From the NCBI GenBank assembly GCA_001724265.1, contig MEDY01000005.1, forward strand, positions 1 to 64,000: 64,000 nt of DNA, given 5' to 3'. The position numbers and the translations under genes are program-made. Positions 22,301-37,300 of this stretch are shown piece by piece. Source of the stretch: Rhizaria sp. SCN 62-66 (taxonomy: Eukaryota). The notes beneath the pieces are model-generated. The model was not told where the DNA came from. It was given only the letters and a program-made list of their open reading frames with translations, and did no database searches. The number at the start of each line of letters is the position of its first letter. Position 1 is the first letter of the stretch.

Positions 22301-25300
22301 GCCGCGAGGACGACGCCGCGGTTGGGCGTAGCAAAGCTGGGCAACGTCTCGACACCAGTGAAGCTGTGGTTGCTCGCACTCGTGCCACTCAAGCTATTGC
22401 CCGAGAATGCAATGTGGCGCATGAGGGCAGCGACGAGGGGCGACAGAGTGAGGCCGAGCTCGCTATCGCTAACCGTGCGCACTTCGCCTTCGCACGCGGT
22501 GCGCACTGTGCGCTCCAGGTTGGCCACGCAGTCGAGCCGGAGCATGTACAACAGAGAATGGAGCGGCCAGTCGAGCTGCAGCGGGAGCGGGGACGACAAC
22601 GCGGCAGTGGCTGACTCGGGAACGTACGTGCCAATGGTTGACTGAACGTAGCCGGGTAACGGGGGCCGGGGGATCGACATCGTGCCAACGTGACGCAGCA
22701 AAGCTACACCGTTATACGCAGCCTTGGAACTATCACCGTCATGCTCGTCGTCGTTGCTTTCGTGACGGAGGTTGTATCCACGGCGAATCTTGGCCAACGC
22801 CGCGATATAGAGAATGCGACTGTTCGATGCAGACACAGCGCCCGCTGCCGCCGCGCCAGCTGTGACAGTCGCCGTCAGGAGTGCCGGGGCAGCGGCGCCC
22901 TTACGGTGCAGACCAACGCGGCGGCCTAGCTTCCTGTACAGCTCGTCGTGGAGCTCTAAGCTGAGACGCATTGCTTGGTACAGCGGCGCGGGATCAAAGC
23001 TCCCGCTGTTAGCATCACCACCAGCAGCAGAACTGGCGCCACTCGCATTCTGCGCGGTGCTGTTGCTGTTCATAAACAGCGGGCGGACACCCGTGAGCGC
23101 GAGCGACTGGAACTTGTTGTAATGCAGGGTTGCGCTGTGCGGATGCGCCGTGATGTCATCGAAGTGACTCACCGGCGCTAGCGCGTACGGGCCAGCGGCA
23201 GCGCTAGTTTGGCTCTGCGATGGTGTCGTCAGACGCCTCAGAGCGGAGTCCATGTCGGAGAGCACCGCACCAGGGCCATGTGCGGCGACAGCGTTGAACA
23301 CATCAGGAATGGCGAGCGTAGTCCGCGCCTTGATCTGCACTTGCTTCGGCTGTGCGACTTGCTGTTGCTGCAGCGTGCCACTGCTGTGGGCGCCGCCGAG
23401 AGCGGACGTGAACGCACTGTTCCCAGGCGTGTTCGCATTGGCGGTGGTGGACGTAGCCGCTGAGGCTGGGTGAGACTCCAACACGTACGATGTGACAGCG
23501 GTGTGCACGGGCAAGCCGACTGAGGTCGACGCAGAAGCGGCGGTGGACGCCTGTCCTGCCGTGTGAGCAAAGTGTGAGTTAATCTCATGACTAGGACCAG
23601 TTGCAGAATTGATACCACCTACTAGATTAGCGTTGGGGTTCAGCGTGTTTGAAGTCAGACCTTCCGGCTCTGCGTTATACTCAGTCAGAGTGGTGCTGAT
23701 AACGAGCGGCGTGGACGTCTCTAAAGGGACGCTGCTCAGACCGAGGGAGTACTTGGGCACCACAACTACGCTGCTTATGCTCGCGTTCGTTTTCGCACCG
23801 CTTGAGCTCGGGACAGCTGCGAGAGTGACCGTGTGAGGAGGATAGCCCAGACTGCTGATATTCGCAGTCGCAGTCGGCAGCGGCAGCGTGAGAGCAGCAG
23901 CCTGCTTGTTCGCGCTCTTCGTTCCTGACAGCAGCGAGGCGAGCACGCTGATGTCGTCACTGCTCAGCCCGCGGCCCCTGGCAACAGCCAACACCAAATG
24001 CAGGTGGTTGATGTAGCAGACTGCGCGCAGCAGAACGCCGACAACGCGCCAGTCCGTGGCACCGCCTTCAGCGGGGGCATTAGTGCCGCTCTTCGAGCTG
24101 GGGCTCGTTGCGCTATTGAACATGGCGCCGCCGTAGACCGAGTTGCCTGCGTTGTTGCTGCTGTTAAAGGCAGAAGCAAGGAACTGTTGCGGCAGCTTCA
24201 GGATTCCCTTACTTGCGATGTAGATGAAGGTGGGAATGCAGCGGCGAATCGCCGCGATGCGACGGGGCCACTCGTTAAGAATCGCAACAACGCCAACACC
24301 GTAGCCGTCTGTGATGACGCCGGGCCCGCCTGCACTCGCGCTCGGTGCACTCGCATTCGCGTTCGTGTTGTTGGCGCACGAGGCAGGAATAATGAGAGCG
24401 CTCGCCATTTGAATCACAGCATCCCACGGTGTCGGCATATCGCCGCTGCTGGCGCTGGAAGAAAGACTGCTGAAGTCGACAATGGTGCTGAACAGCGAGG
24501 CAGGGGAAAAGGGGAGAAGCGGCAACAGCTTCTGCTTCAAAACCGCGCTACTGGCAGTGCTTGTGGTCAGATTGGCGATTGCACTTGAGCTCGAGCCCGA
24601 GAAGCTCGACGCGGCGCTATTGCTAGCATAAGAGCTTGTGTTCGTGACATACTGGACCGCCGGCGCGAGCGCAATGCGCTGCGCAACTGCAATCGCGACG
24701 TGCACCGAGTCGGCGAGGCCCCAACCCGCCACCGTGCTCGCCAGACCGGCCACCTTGGGCGGCACCAGCGCGCCGGCCGCTGCGGGCAGCGCGCCAGACA
24801 GTGCGATCGTGCTGAAGGGCGTGCGTTGCGTGGCGTTGGCGACTGCACCGGCGGCGCCGACAGCTGCAGAGGCCGCGGCGGCTGCGGCAGCGGCGACGGC
24901 GGCCGCACTGCCGGTGCTCGAGCTCGAGGCGGCAACAGGTGACGCAAGCGATAGAGGCGTAATCGTTGATGAGCTGCTGCTGCTCGGGCTCGCGTTGCTG
25001 GTGTACAGAGTAGAAAGTGCAGTCGTCAGAGCTCCACTCGCTCCGAGCGACGCACGCGCTTGCGGCAGTGAGTAAACAAACATACGACTTAATTTGTGCG
25101 CGTTCGCAATGGGCTTGGCCAGGGCGATAGCTGAAGCATACGGCGGCGCAAAGCCGAGATGCAGCATTGCTGTGGTCACTGCAAGTGCGAATGGAGGAGG
25201 AAGGCTCGTTTGGCCCGCCGCCCCGCCGTGCTGCAGTTGAGGTGGCGGTTGCAATAACGGACTGCCCGATGAGCTGTAGCCAAACATACTACTCGAGCTT

Positions 25301-28300
25301 GCGTTCTGGCTACTAGGATGATGCCCAAAGCTGCCAGTGATGAAACTGCCAGGCTTACTCCCGAGACCAGTATTCTTGCTGCTCGCGTGGGTGTTATTAT
25401 CGGCAGCAGTGTAGGAAGTTGAGGGCCACGACGGCGCCGCAGTCGGCAGCGGCTGCCTCACCAGCAACTCCACAGGAATACCCTCGACTGCCCGCAGCGA
25501 CGACAGCGTAGGCCGCCACGGCACCAGGGACAGCGGGAAACGCAGCGGGATGCAGTGCGACAATAGCATGGGGTCCGCAGGCAGCGAGGCCGGCAGCGAC
25601 AGCGGGGCGGGCAAGGGGTTTGCGGGAGTGGTGCTTGGGCTAGAGCTGGTGTTGCATGCAGATGGGGACATAAGCGAGAGAAGACGCGACGTGGCGCGCG
25701 CGTTCGCCTTCAGAACCTTCGAGACTATGCGAGTCCCGATGAAGAAGCTCTTGTTGCAAGGATCACATGAAGTACCGATGTTTGTGTTATTGTCACCTTC
25801 ACTATCCTCCTCATCGCCTTCCTCGTTGCCGTCGTTACTGTCTTCATCGGCAGTAGTCGTGCTTTTCTTGCCACCGCTGCTTGTCGTAACCGAGGGTGAC
25901 CACAGCTTGTTGAAAACAGTGTCATGTTGTGACAGCAAATGCGCAAGCACAGGCGCCACAGCTAGCACTGCACCAGGAGACACGGTGACCGGTACCGAGA
26001 GCAGTGTTTGCGACAACACTGGTAATGCAGTCAGAGCGCTCGAAGCCGCAGTAGAGCTTGATTTTTTCTTGTCGTTGTGCAGGAATGATGTGCTGAGAGC
26101 CTTGTTCCACGTGCTCGCGCTCGGTGTGATGGGCATGCTCACGGTCACAAGCTCCCGCACAGTCACGCCGACCCAACCTTTGACGCCGGCACCGACGTTG
26201 CCACTCGCGCCTGAGCCAGACCCAGAGCTGGAGCTGCCAACGCCAACGCTGCTTGTCGTGTTGAGCAGCGACAACCACAGCTTGGACTGATGCGCAGAGC
26301 GCTTCAGTGTCAACGAGGCCAATGCCGAAGCAGACCGACCTTCGCCGCCCGCGCTCACGGCAACAGTAGTAGCGCCGGCCATGGCAGACGTCGCCGCGCT
26401 CGCATTCGCAGTGACCGCAGTTGCGTTGGGACCGGGAGGCTCGGCGGGAAGAGAGGCGGGCATGAGCCAGGGCCACTGCGTGTCGGTGCTCGCAGTGGTC
26501 GACACGCGAACAGGCGTGGGGAACAGCTGGACGTGCGGCGCTGGCACTGACACCGCAGCACTGGCACTATCACTCGAGACATGACTATTCACGGTTAGCG
26601 GTGCAGTACTCAGACTTTGTGCAAACTCAGTGAGTCTCAGCGCCCAGCGCTCTGCGCTAACACGGCAGTATGTTTCGACCATACCCTTGAACAGCTCCAC
26701 ACAGTCAGGCAGCACGGCAAGCGCTGTGGCATGTGGCAGCTGAACGCGAGTTGGCTGCTTGTACACGCTGCCATGCGCAGCGCCAGCCGACACAGCAGCA
26801 ACAGAAGTGTTGAAACCAGCGGTGGCTGGAGGCAGGGTGAGGGTTAAACCGCCCCCGGGCTGGCCAAGTCTGCCGGCTACCGCTGCGTCGATCGCGACAG
26901 CGTTGCCGACAAGCGTCGGAGGCAGCACCATAGGTGCGAACGTGCTGTTGTAGCTGGCGGTGGCAAGTTGGACAGCAGCGATCGCAACGAGCTCCGCGAA
27001 TGCGCGCGCAGAAAGTGCAACGTAAGTGCCGTGCTGAGGGCCTACGCTGGCAGTCCCGAACTGTCCCTGTTGCTCCGGGCCGTGCTGACTGTAAGCGTAG
27101 CTCAAACCGGAGGCCGAAGCTGTGGCGGCAGCCGGAGGAGACAACAACGGGTAAGAGCGCGAAGTCAGCCTGCGCAGCGCGCCGGCAGCGCCAGCCCAGC
27201 CGGTCGCAGTCGCGGCCGCCGCGCCAGCGCCGCCGCTGCCTCCAACGCTGCCTCTCGCAGCATGCGCATTCGCACCAGAGGAGCCGATGTTGCTCATCGC
27301 TTCAGTCGCTGCCAGAGAATGGAGCAGTGCGGAAGCTTGGCGGGCCTGGTGGCGAATGCAGCGGCCGATCGCGATGGTCTCAGCGACAACGGCCGCAGCG
27401 GCAGCAGCAACACTGGATGGTGCTGACGGTGCAGCAGTGGTCCCGCGAGCGTGGCCAGAGCCGATTGTGATAGGAATGGTCTTCGTGTCAGTGTCCGTTT
27501 TGTTCGAGATCGCGGACATGAGGTCGTCGCTGTCATGATCACTGTCATTGCGCGCCCCAGACTCATTGCTGTTGGAGGTAACGGGGAGGTTGAGCTGCTG
27601 CATCAAAGCGTACAGGTCGTCGTTACCCCCACCGCGAACAGCGCTTGAATTGGCATCGTCAACTTCGTCATCAAATGGGTTGGTGCTACTCTTGCTCTTG
27701 TCACTTCTGTTCGCAAACGGGTTGTGGCTGTTGGCATACTGAGACAGACGGTTGTCAACGGCGTTGCGCCCGCTCGCGTTCATGCCGGCGGCCGTGCTCG
27801 TGAGGGCAGTGATCGGCGCCAGCGCGGCCAGCCTGTTGCCGCGGCGGCCACGCTGGCCGGGCAGCGGGGCATGCGTCGGCAGCGCGTCCTCTAGGGCATC
27901 ATCGGGAGAAGCAAGAGCTCCCTTCGAGTCGCCCTGCTTGCCGCGGCCCCTCGCACCAGTCCTGGTCGCCGCGTTGTTGTTGTTTGCGCTTGTGTTAAAA
28001 TAGTCGGTAACCGCGGAGCTCAGGTCAACAGCACCACTAGTAGTCTGGCCCTTGACGCGGCCGGTCGCGGTGCTGCGACGCAGGTCGATGACCCCGCCGT
28101 CGGCCGGCGCGCTGCTGCTGTCATCATCCTCGCTCTCCTCTTCATCGCCGTCGTCCTCGTCACCGTCCTTCTTGTCGCAGTCGCTATTGGCAGCGATGCC
28201 GCGGGCCATCGCGGTCTCACAGCTCTCCTTGCCCAGGTACGGCACGGCGCGCGCCACAGCGGTCGCGGCGGCGAGAGCGACAACGCCGCGGATCGCCTTG

Positions 28301-31300
28301 GCTTGCTGGAGCAGAGACGCGAGGGAAGGAAGGCCACTTACACCTGAAGTCGCGCTGCCAACGTCACTGCTATGCGCACTTTCACAGTCGTTAGCACTTG
28401 CAGCAGCAGCGGCGGCAGCAGTGACCGCCACAGGGTCAGCTGTGGCAGACAAACCGTTGCCACAAGCAGCAGCCGCAGCAGCAGTGTTGCGAATAGTCGC
28501 CTTGACATAAGCCCTACGTTGCGCTTCAGCACCTTCCTCTTCCTCCAGCAAACTAAGCCGCTGCTGCTGACAGAAGCGTTCCAGAGTCGCGACGGTCTCT
28601 AGCTTCTTGTTGACAAGAGCCCAGTCAACCACGAACGACTTGAGCTTAGCAGGAGTCGGAACGACAGTCGCTGCTACGCCAGTGCCCGAGGCGATGGCGT
28701 GACTAGTGTTGGTACTGACTGAGAAGTTCGGTGGCGGGGGGAAGCGCAGCAAGTAGTTGTTAGGATTGTATGCGTTGTACGCACTCACTGGACCGAACGT
28801 GTACAGATCACTGGGGCTGGGCGGGGCGCCACTCACTCCGAGCGCGGGAGTACTGAGGTTCACGCCAGAGCCAAAGCCGGGCTTGCCGTACTGTTGCTGC
28901 TGGGAGTGCAGATGCGCCTGGGTCTGCGAGTGCGAAGGCGGTTGCGACTGTTGCTGCTGTAAAATATTATCTAAGCGGTGCACAGCAACAGACAGCACAG
29001 CGCCCGCGCTGACAGTCGCGTTGCTGCCGCTCGTCGCATTCGCGCTGCTCGTGTTGGCGAGCAGCGCGGCATGCGCTTCGGCCAGCGCGAGAGCTTCAAC
29101 AGCGAGACCAAGAGCAAGTGCGGAGACTGCGCCGGCGGGCGGCGGAGGGAGACCACCGGTGACTGCGTCTGTGAATGCAAGTTGGCGCTCGACCTGAGCC
29201 ACAGTAGACGCGGAGTGACCGCGATCAACGTCAGAGTGACTGGCAACATACGAGTCGCAGTGCGACAAGCACTCAGTAACACAGTGCATAGCACAATGAC
29301 TGTGGGCAAATGCAGGCATGAAGTTATCCTGACCACGGTCCAACACACTGAGAGCGCGCGCGTAGGCAAAGCCCAGGCGGTGCTTCAGCCACGCGTGGCT
29401 GTACCGAGTCAGACCCGCTCCTGCCAAACCGACAGAAGTGCTCACACCGGTCTTGGCGCTGAAACCAACACTGGCGCCAGCAAATGCAACCGGGATGCCA
29501 GACGCGGAGTTGCCATTGCTGTCGCCCAGGTTGTTTGTCACGCTGCCCGAGCTGCTACTGCTGCTGCTGTACGCAGACGGAAACAACGGCGCTGAAGTGT
29601 TGTAAACAGGCATCCCGCCCCATGCTTCAACCTGCGCGCGCGTGACAGCCTTAGTGACGGTCTCAACGTCAACATAGAAACGAAGCATCGACGCCAGCGA
29701 CGCGAGGGTCGCGTCCAGGAAGCTCCGGATCGAAGGCAGCAGACGTGGGTAGCACATCACGGGCACGCGCGTCAAAGTGAATGGCAGCCCGCGCTGTCCC
29801 GAAGTTAGGCCGCGTTGTTGCGCGGCGGTGGCAGTGGCGGGCGTGATGACTGTGCGCCAGTCCCAGGTCGCGCACGACGGGGTCGAGACCATGGAGATGA
29901 GGGAGCAGAGCTCGCAGTCGCATATGAGAGAGTGGGGGCCGATGAAGACGCGGCCCCTGAGCCAGATGCGCCGGCGCAGCATGGGCCTGGAGAGCATCGG
30001 AGCGACGGTAACACCGCTAGAAGAAGCAGCCCTCACAAGCGGACCATTAGCGTTCGACATGCTCACGACATTTCCAGAGGAACTCCCAATAGTGTTCAGG
30101 GTTGTCTTAGTCTTCGGAGAGCTGACGTTCGGAGCGACCATCAGCGTAAGCACGCGGGCGATGGTGCTCACAGTCAACAGGTACCCCTGCGCAGCCACTG
30201 CGACCGAGTCAGCGGCCGCAGCACCGGATGCGGCGGTAGCAGTGGAGGCCAGAGCAGCGGCAGCGGCCTCGGCCTCTGCAGCGGCGGCCGCAGCAGCAGC
30301 CTCGGCAGCGGCGGCCTTCCTGGCGCTAGAGCTAGAACCAGAGCTCGTACCAAACTTAGCCGTGCTGAGCTTCTTGGACACTGTGTCAAAGCGAGCATCA
30401 TGAGCTCCAGAAGCACCCGTACTTGTGGCCGCCGCCGAGTTCGCCGTGTTGTTGTTACTGTTGCTGTTGCTGATCGCGCCAGCAACAGTCAACAGCTCGT
30501 CGCAAGCTTCGATGTTTGCGCTACTGCAGCTGCTGTTGTTCTTCACCAAAAGATGAGCGTGCGTGTACGGTGTCAACGCCTTAGACGCCAGCGTCAGAGG
30601 TGCATCGACAACGCGCGTGACAGGAACGCTAGGGTGACGGCCATGAACAGATGCAGATGCTGCGGAGTGACTGCGCGCCGCGGCCATCGCAACACGGTGC
30701 ATCGCCTTGGCGCAGGCGTTGATCAACGGACGAATCGAGGTGGGCTTGTTATCGGTCATGGTGCTAGGGCTCGAGAGAGCAACCGCCGCCGCCGCCTTCA
30801 GCAAGTGAGCCAACGTCGCAGCAGCGGTCATTGCAAGCGCCGCGCGACCAGGGGCTGACTCGGAAAGTAATACACCAGCGACATCAGCGGCGTTGGTCGG
30901 CGCAATCGTGCTCGCAATCGCACGCACACTCGCGCTGGGGTTCGGTTGGTTGGCAGTCGTGGCTAAGCGACTGGATGGACTGCTCGCAAGCTCAGAGTCG
31001 GAGTCGGAGTCGCTGCCCAGAGAATCCGGCGACTGTGGTGATCGAATTCCCCCCTTGGACTTCGGGTTATAGCTCTTGTTCGTATCGATGCCCATGTCAG
31101 TGATTGAGCTGCTCTTGTGAGCGTTGTTGTTGTAAGTGTTGGTGTTACCATTCACACGCACCCACCGAGCAACGACGCCCGCGTTCGCGATTGCCCGCAA
31201 CGCGTCGCCACCGGACGCGACGACAACAATGTTCTGCTCGCTTGGATGCTCAGCTTGCTCCAGTTGGTTCTGAATCGGTAGCATGCCTGCGGTAAGTTTA

Positions 31301-34300
31301 AGCGACTTGGCTGCAAATGTGAGCGGCAACGGCTGGAAGCCGTCGGCACTGACACTCGAAAGCGTGTAGGAAGGCAAAAACAGACTGTCGTTGCCGAGGA
31401 TAGCCTTGCTCAGAGCCACGTCAGCAGATGACACCTTCGCAGCATTCTTGTCTTTCTTACTCTTCTTATCGCTCTTCTTGTCAGACTTACTTGACTTGGC
31501 ATCCACAGAAGTTTTTCCGTCTGCTGAAGGCTTTGACTTATCCTTTGTACTGGCCTTAGCGGCGCCTGACTTCGCAGATGCAGCATCGACGGAGTTGTGG
31601 TGGTGGTCATTGTCGCTCTCACTGTCAGCGGTGACATCACCGCTCTCCGCGGACTTGCGCTCGGTACTGATCGTTGCGGTGTCCTTGGCGGCAGAAGAGT
31701 CGGCAGCGTCAGCAAGCGCCCACACAGAGCCAGCGGCAGCTCCCTTGGCGAGCCATTTGCGGGCGACGCGGCTCACCTTCAGGGCCGCCTCGACGCCCTT
31801 CGCCAGCCGCTTCGCCCGCTGGCCGTCCTCGGTGTCTCCGGCCGCGTTCGCACTGCTGAACGCAGCGGCAGCGGCGGCCGTAAGAGACTGCTCGAGGTAC
31901 CGCTGCGTGCGCTCCGCCGCCCGCAGCGCCGTGAGCAGCGACACGACGCCCGTGCGCGCGGCGGCGCTCGTGTAGCCCAGCGCGAAACCGCTGCCGACGC
32001 CGTAGTGCGAGTAGTTAAGCCGCCGGTTGCCGCCGCTGTTTTCGCAGTTGTCGTCGTCCGCGTCAACGGCGGTGGCAGCAGCTGAGCTCGCAAACGAGTC
32101 ATGGATACCGGAGCTGGTGGCTGTGGACGGCCGACCTGCCTTGTTGTCCTTTCCCTTGGTCTCGCTCTTCGAGCTACCAGTTGCATTAGCGTTACTCTTA
32201 GCATTGCCGTCTTCTGCCAGTGTGGACAGATACGCAGCGGCAACATGGGCAGGCGCTCCAATGATAGCATGGCTGCCATCGGCAAACGTAAGCTTCAGCG
32301 CCCGCACGCTCACACTGACCTCACTTGTACCAGAAGCAGCGTTCATCGGTGCAGCATCACTCGTGGCGTTGTTCGCGTTGTTGCGATTTCCGGGCAAAAA
32401 GCGTTTGAGGCCAGTCACAACCTTGTTGACAGCGGATGCAGAAGTGGCTGCGGCCGCGGACGCCGCCGCTGCCGCTGCAGATGCTGCGGCTGCGGCCGCG
32501 GCGGCGGATTGTGAAGCCGATGCAGAGGCAGACGCAGATGCAGTGACGACTGTTTCCCTGGCATACTCAACCAATGCGGCAAAAGACGTTAGGCCACCTG
32601 AGGCGGACGCGGACGCGGTGTGAGAAGCTAAGCCAGCGTCAGCGCCGTTGTCGCTAGCGGGAGAAGAGACGGAGTGAGTGCTTACATGTGACGCTGCGCG
32701 GTCCAAAGGCTGGCCTTCGAGGAAACCGTTGGCGTTCGTACCGTCACCGTTCTCCGAGTTGACATTCATCCGGATATCGTTCGTGTTCGAAGATAAGCCG
32801 GCTTCGTCCGAGAGATCAGAGGGAATGGCGTCCCGGAGGCGCTGTCCGCCGACGGGGTCGATTTGACTCAGCACGAACGCCGACATCGCGTCGACCTCAG
32901 ACTGCGTGGCGAGGTGCGCGTCCTCCAAGAGCTTCCCAGCGGCGGCTCCGCTGTATGGGGGTGCGATGCCCATGGCTGCCGCGTCTTCACTGCTCACGGT
33001 CAGCGTCACCAGCTCAGCGCTGACAACGACACCACTGACGCCGTTCACCGCAGCCGTCGCGCAGACCGCGGGGGCCGACGCGGACATCAGCGAGCCGGCT
33101 GTGGCAGCCGTGGCGGCGGCGCTGGCGGCCGCGGTGGCCGCGGCGGTGGCGCAGGCCTGGCCGCAAACCCAGTCAGCGACGGTGGCGTAGCTCCACGTGG
33201 CGTCGACGGGCACGGCGCCGCCGGCCAGCGCGCGCGCCACACTAGGCACGGCGCCGCTCACAGCGCTGCCGACAGGGCCGGAACTCGGGCCGGAGACGAG
33301 CAGGGCGGTTGAGAAGTTGTTGCTGTTGGACTGAGAGAGGGAATGTGCAAGAGTCAGTGCGCGGCCGAACGCGGGCGACCACAAGAGCCAGTGAGGCAGC
33401 GAGGACGCGGACTTCGAAACCTTGCTCGAAGTTAATTGTGGCGTACTGGAAGAGTTAGGTAGGCCAAACACATCCTCTAACGCAGATGTGAGGGCCTCAA
33501 AGTATGTGAAGGATCCCGAGTCCGACGCGTGTGCGCTGGGGCTGTCGACCAAGGGCGCGTGCGTTAGCGATCGGTCTAGGGCCCAGCCGGCCTCCCACTG
33601 CGTCGCCACGGCGGGGACCGGGATGCCGCGGCCCCAGTCGCGGCCCGTGTCGAACGCGCCGTCGTCGCCATGATCCTTCTCGTCCTCCGTGTGATCGTGG
33701 CGCTTACTGCCGCTGCTGTTGCTGGGACTCGCGGCCGCCGCATGCGAGCGCTTGGAGCGGCTGCGCGGGGCCGGCTGCCACAGTAGCGACGGCAGCGGCA
33801 CGGGGGGACTGTGCGCAGGGACGGCAATGGGCACGGAGTGCAGCAGGCCAGGGGTACTTAGATGGTCTAAGTAGGGTGCCGAGTGGAGCGTGTTTGCCAT
33901 GGCGAGAAGTGACTGTGAGCACATCTCCGCTAAAGCAGCTGCAACGTCGGTGTTGGCATTCGTAGCGTCAGCAGCAGAGTTGATGTTGTCGCTAACGAGG
34001 ATTGGAGCGAGATGGTTGGCGTCAACACTAAACAGACTCTTGGAGTAATTCGCACCAGCGTTCGGGCTGCTAGTGCTTCCGCTTGTCAGCTGAGATTCTT
34101 TGTACAACTGCTTTACAGTGGCCTTGTCAGTCAGGTCAACAAGGCTACCGTCACGCAAATACACAAAGGGGTAGAACGCGCCGGAGTTCGCTGTTGTCGC
34201 AACACCGGCGTTCGCAGAATGGTCGTGGCCGTGCGTGGCAGTGCCGGTGGCTTGGGGGAAGCTTGGCAAGGGCGCTGCAGCAGTGCCTGCGGCGTCCCAC

Positions 34301-37300
34301 GTGTAAGGGTGCGCAGGCACGTGCAAATGGGCCCACGAACTCAGGTGACTCAGAGGCGGCATCGAGATGGACGGAGTAGAGGTGCACACACCGGAAGAAC
34401 CCGAGGCAGGAGTGTTCAGACTGTTTCCGCGGTAGCGACTCGTGTTTGCAGTGGGCGCAGAGGAGGAGCTGGAAGAACTTGCGTTGGCCAAACCTAGCCC
34501 AAGGGCGTCGGTCACGACTGATGCAGCCGCAACAGCGGAGGCAGAGTCGACCTTGGTCTGAGCAACTGTGAGCGCGTGCTCGTTGATCGAGAGCGCACCG
34601 GCGACACCGGCGAGCGACGTGACGTATGAGACGAGCAGGCACCAGTCGGCGGGGCTGCTGACGCCGGAGCTCGGCAGAATCGAGACACATCCAGAAACAA
34701 CGGCATCTTCGTCGACGCTACTGGTGCGGGGGCTGCGGACACCAGTGCTGGAGGACGCGCCTCCAGTCGCAGAGGCGGCATATGCGTCAACCAGGCTGTG
34801 CTGATCCTTCGACAAAGCGCGATACCTGCGTGAGCTAAGTAACCCCTGAGACGGTGAGACACTTGCGGACGCAGAATTCGCGTCACTACTCGTCGTGTTG
34901 TCGTCAGCTTCGGCTTCGTCGTCCTCCTCATCCTCATCGAGCTCGCTGATGTCATCTCGGCTGTCCAGAGCGTTAAGGCTGCGCTTGGTCATAGCAGTAC
35001 TCGGTCGCGCAGCTGAAGTGCTCAGCTTCAGTGAGCTGCGGCGGTCAAGCCATGACAGCTGCTGCAGCAGCAAGCGCGCGCTTACGCTCACGAGCATGGC
35101 TGGCACAGGCAAGAGACCGCCGCTGCTCGAAGCCTGGCCTTCAGATGCCATTGAGGCGATCTGGGTCTTGTGCGCCAGCAAAGCGTCGATGGCAGTGTTA
35201 AGGGCGTAACCAAGACGGACGACAGTCATAATCGCACTTGTAGCAGCGGCAGAGCTAGTAATATTCGCGTTACCAGATAACGAGCTGCTATTGGCTGTCT
35301 TCGTATGTTCATCAAGCTTTCCATCAACGTCGCTGCATGCAGAAAGTGCCATTGCGCTGCTGATCGCGCTCGCAGTTGCGATGACAACCGCAGACTGTAA
35401 GGCTGTTGCCGCATCAACTTGACGAGTCACCTCCATCTGCTGCAGCAGCGAGGGAATAACCGTGGGATCTAAGGGGCGGGGCAGGTAAGGGTACACCCAG
35501 CGCTGCACTGGCAAAGCCACGGCAGCGCCCTTCGACACGCCAGACAGAGCCATCATCGCGTTATCACGGGTCGCGTCATGGGCGTCGGTGTCAAAACGGA
35601 CTTGGGCAACGGCAGCGTTTGACTCGGAAGAGGGAGATGTGGCGCTGTTATGAATAGAAATTGCGTTATTGCTCAAGCTAGAGCGCGCATTCGAGTGCGA
35701 CGATGGAGACTGCATTTGCGAGTTCGAGGGCGAGACAAGGCCAGACGCAACGGCCGCTTCCTTGGTCACCGCGGCTAAGGAGGAAATCAAGCCGCCGAGC
35801 AGCTCCTGTGCGTGCCTGACCGGGGACAGCGACGACGACGGCGACTGCAGGTAGTTGCGGCGGCGCGCAGAGCTCAAGCCTGAGCTTGTCGCGTTGGTAG
35901 GACTGTAGTTCGGCGTTGCCGTGAGCAGGCCTGCGCTGGGAGGGGAGAGCACGAAGGCACCGCGCTGTTGTTGTGAACGCGACTGGGACTGCAGACCGAG
36001 GCTGGAGACAACGCCACTATTCGCGTTGCTCTTAGAGCTGGCGGCATTGGCGAGGAGAGCTTGTTGCAGCCAATGCGTCGCAGCAGAGACCGCACACACA
36101 GCGTCGGTAGCCCGAACGCTGGCATTTGCCGTGTTTGCGCTCTCGCCCGCGTCACTGACGCTGCTCTTGCTGAGCGCGCCGCTGTGCGCGAGCAGCGGCG
36201 TCTGCGACCACACGGCGGCTGCATCGAACTGCCACTCGAACACGCGATCGTACACTACGCCCACAGTGAAGTCCGGCGCGGCGCCCGCCGTCTGCGCACT
36301 CGCGTCGCCAGCAGCAGGCTTCGTGTCGCTTGCGTTGCTCTTGCCACTACTAGTGCCGGTGTTAGCGCTGCTGCCCTTCTTGTTGTTCTTGTTATCGCCC
36401 TTACCGCTAGCAGCAGCATTGCTCGCGTTTGCGCTCGCATTCAATTTCCCCTTGCCACTCTTGCTGCTGCTGGGACCTGCATTCGCCTTAGCGTTTGTCG
36501 CAATCGTCACAATAGCGGGCTCTGACGCAGGACTCTCCTTGGCCAGGTTGCTAGCAGCAGCGCTCGCCAGCGCCCGCGCCGCCGCGCCCGCCCTGGCCGC
36601 CGCGGCCTCGGCCTTGGCCTCCTTGGCTGCCGTTCCGCTCAAAGCACTAGTACTTGCGTGACTGTGAGTCGAGTTGGCAACGCCGTTCTCGATGTCGACG
36701 GAGGCCGCGATGACAAGCGGGCTGTGCGGGTACAGCGTCTGCAGCAGCAAGTCCAACGGGATATTCTCCCGTGAGCCCGGCGTACGCTCAGTCCTGGACT
36801 GCAAGCATCCCTTAGAGATCTCCGCCGCGGTCACGCTGCGGTACTGGCGCGACTCGTAGGGCTCGCGCAGTGACACAAAGCCCGGCAGCAGCGTCGGCAT
36901 CGACAGCGGGGGCAGCCGGCCGCTCGCGCTGTGAGCGGCGGGCGCGGCGGTCGCGGCCGTGCTGGTGGGGGCAACGGGACCGAAAAAAGGGAAGTAAAGC
37001 GCTGTGCCCCCAGAACTGGTGTTGCCGCTGCAGTTGATGTTGGGTTGAGCGTTATCAAGCAGTTGATAGACCGTGGTCTCGGCAGAAGCGTTAGTCTTGG
37101 CTTCAGTCTCACCATCAACTGCGTCACCATCATCGTGATTGGCGTACTCACTGCTTGAGAGTGTTAAGCCACCATTGGTCTTAAACTCATAAGCAATGCG
37201 CACCAACAGCTCGCGCATGTCGTGGTACACAGGGGGGTACGTGTGCGGCTTAACTTCTGCATCAGCCGAGTTCGTCCCGCTCGGTGCACCTGCAGCGGCC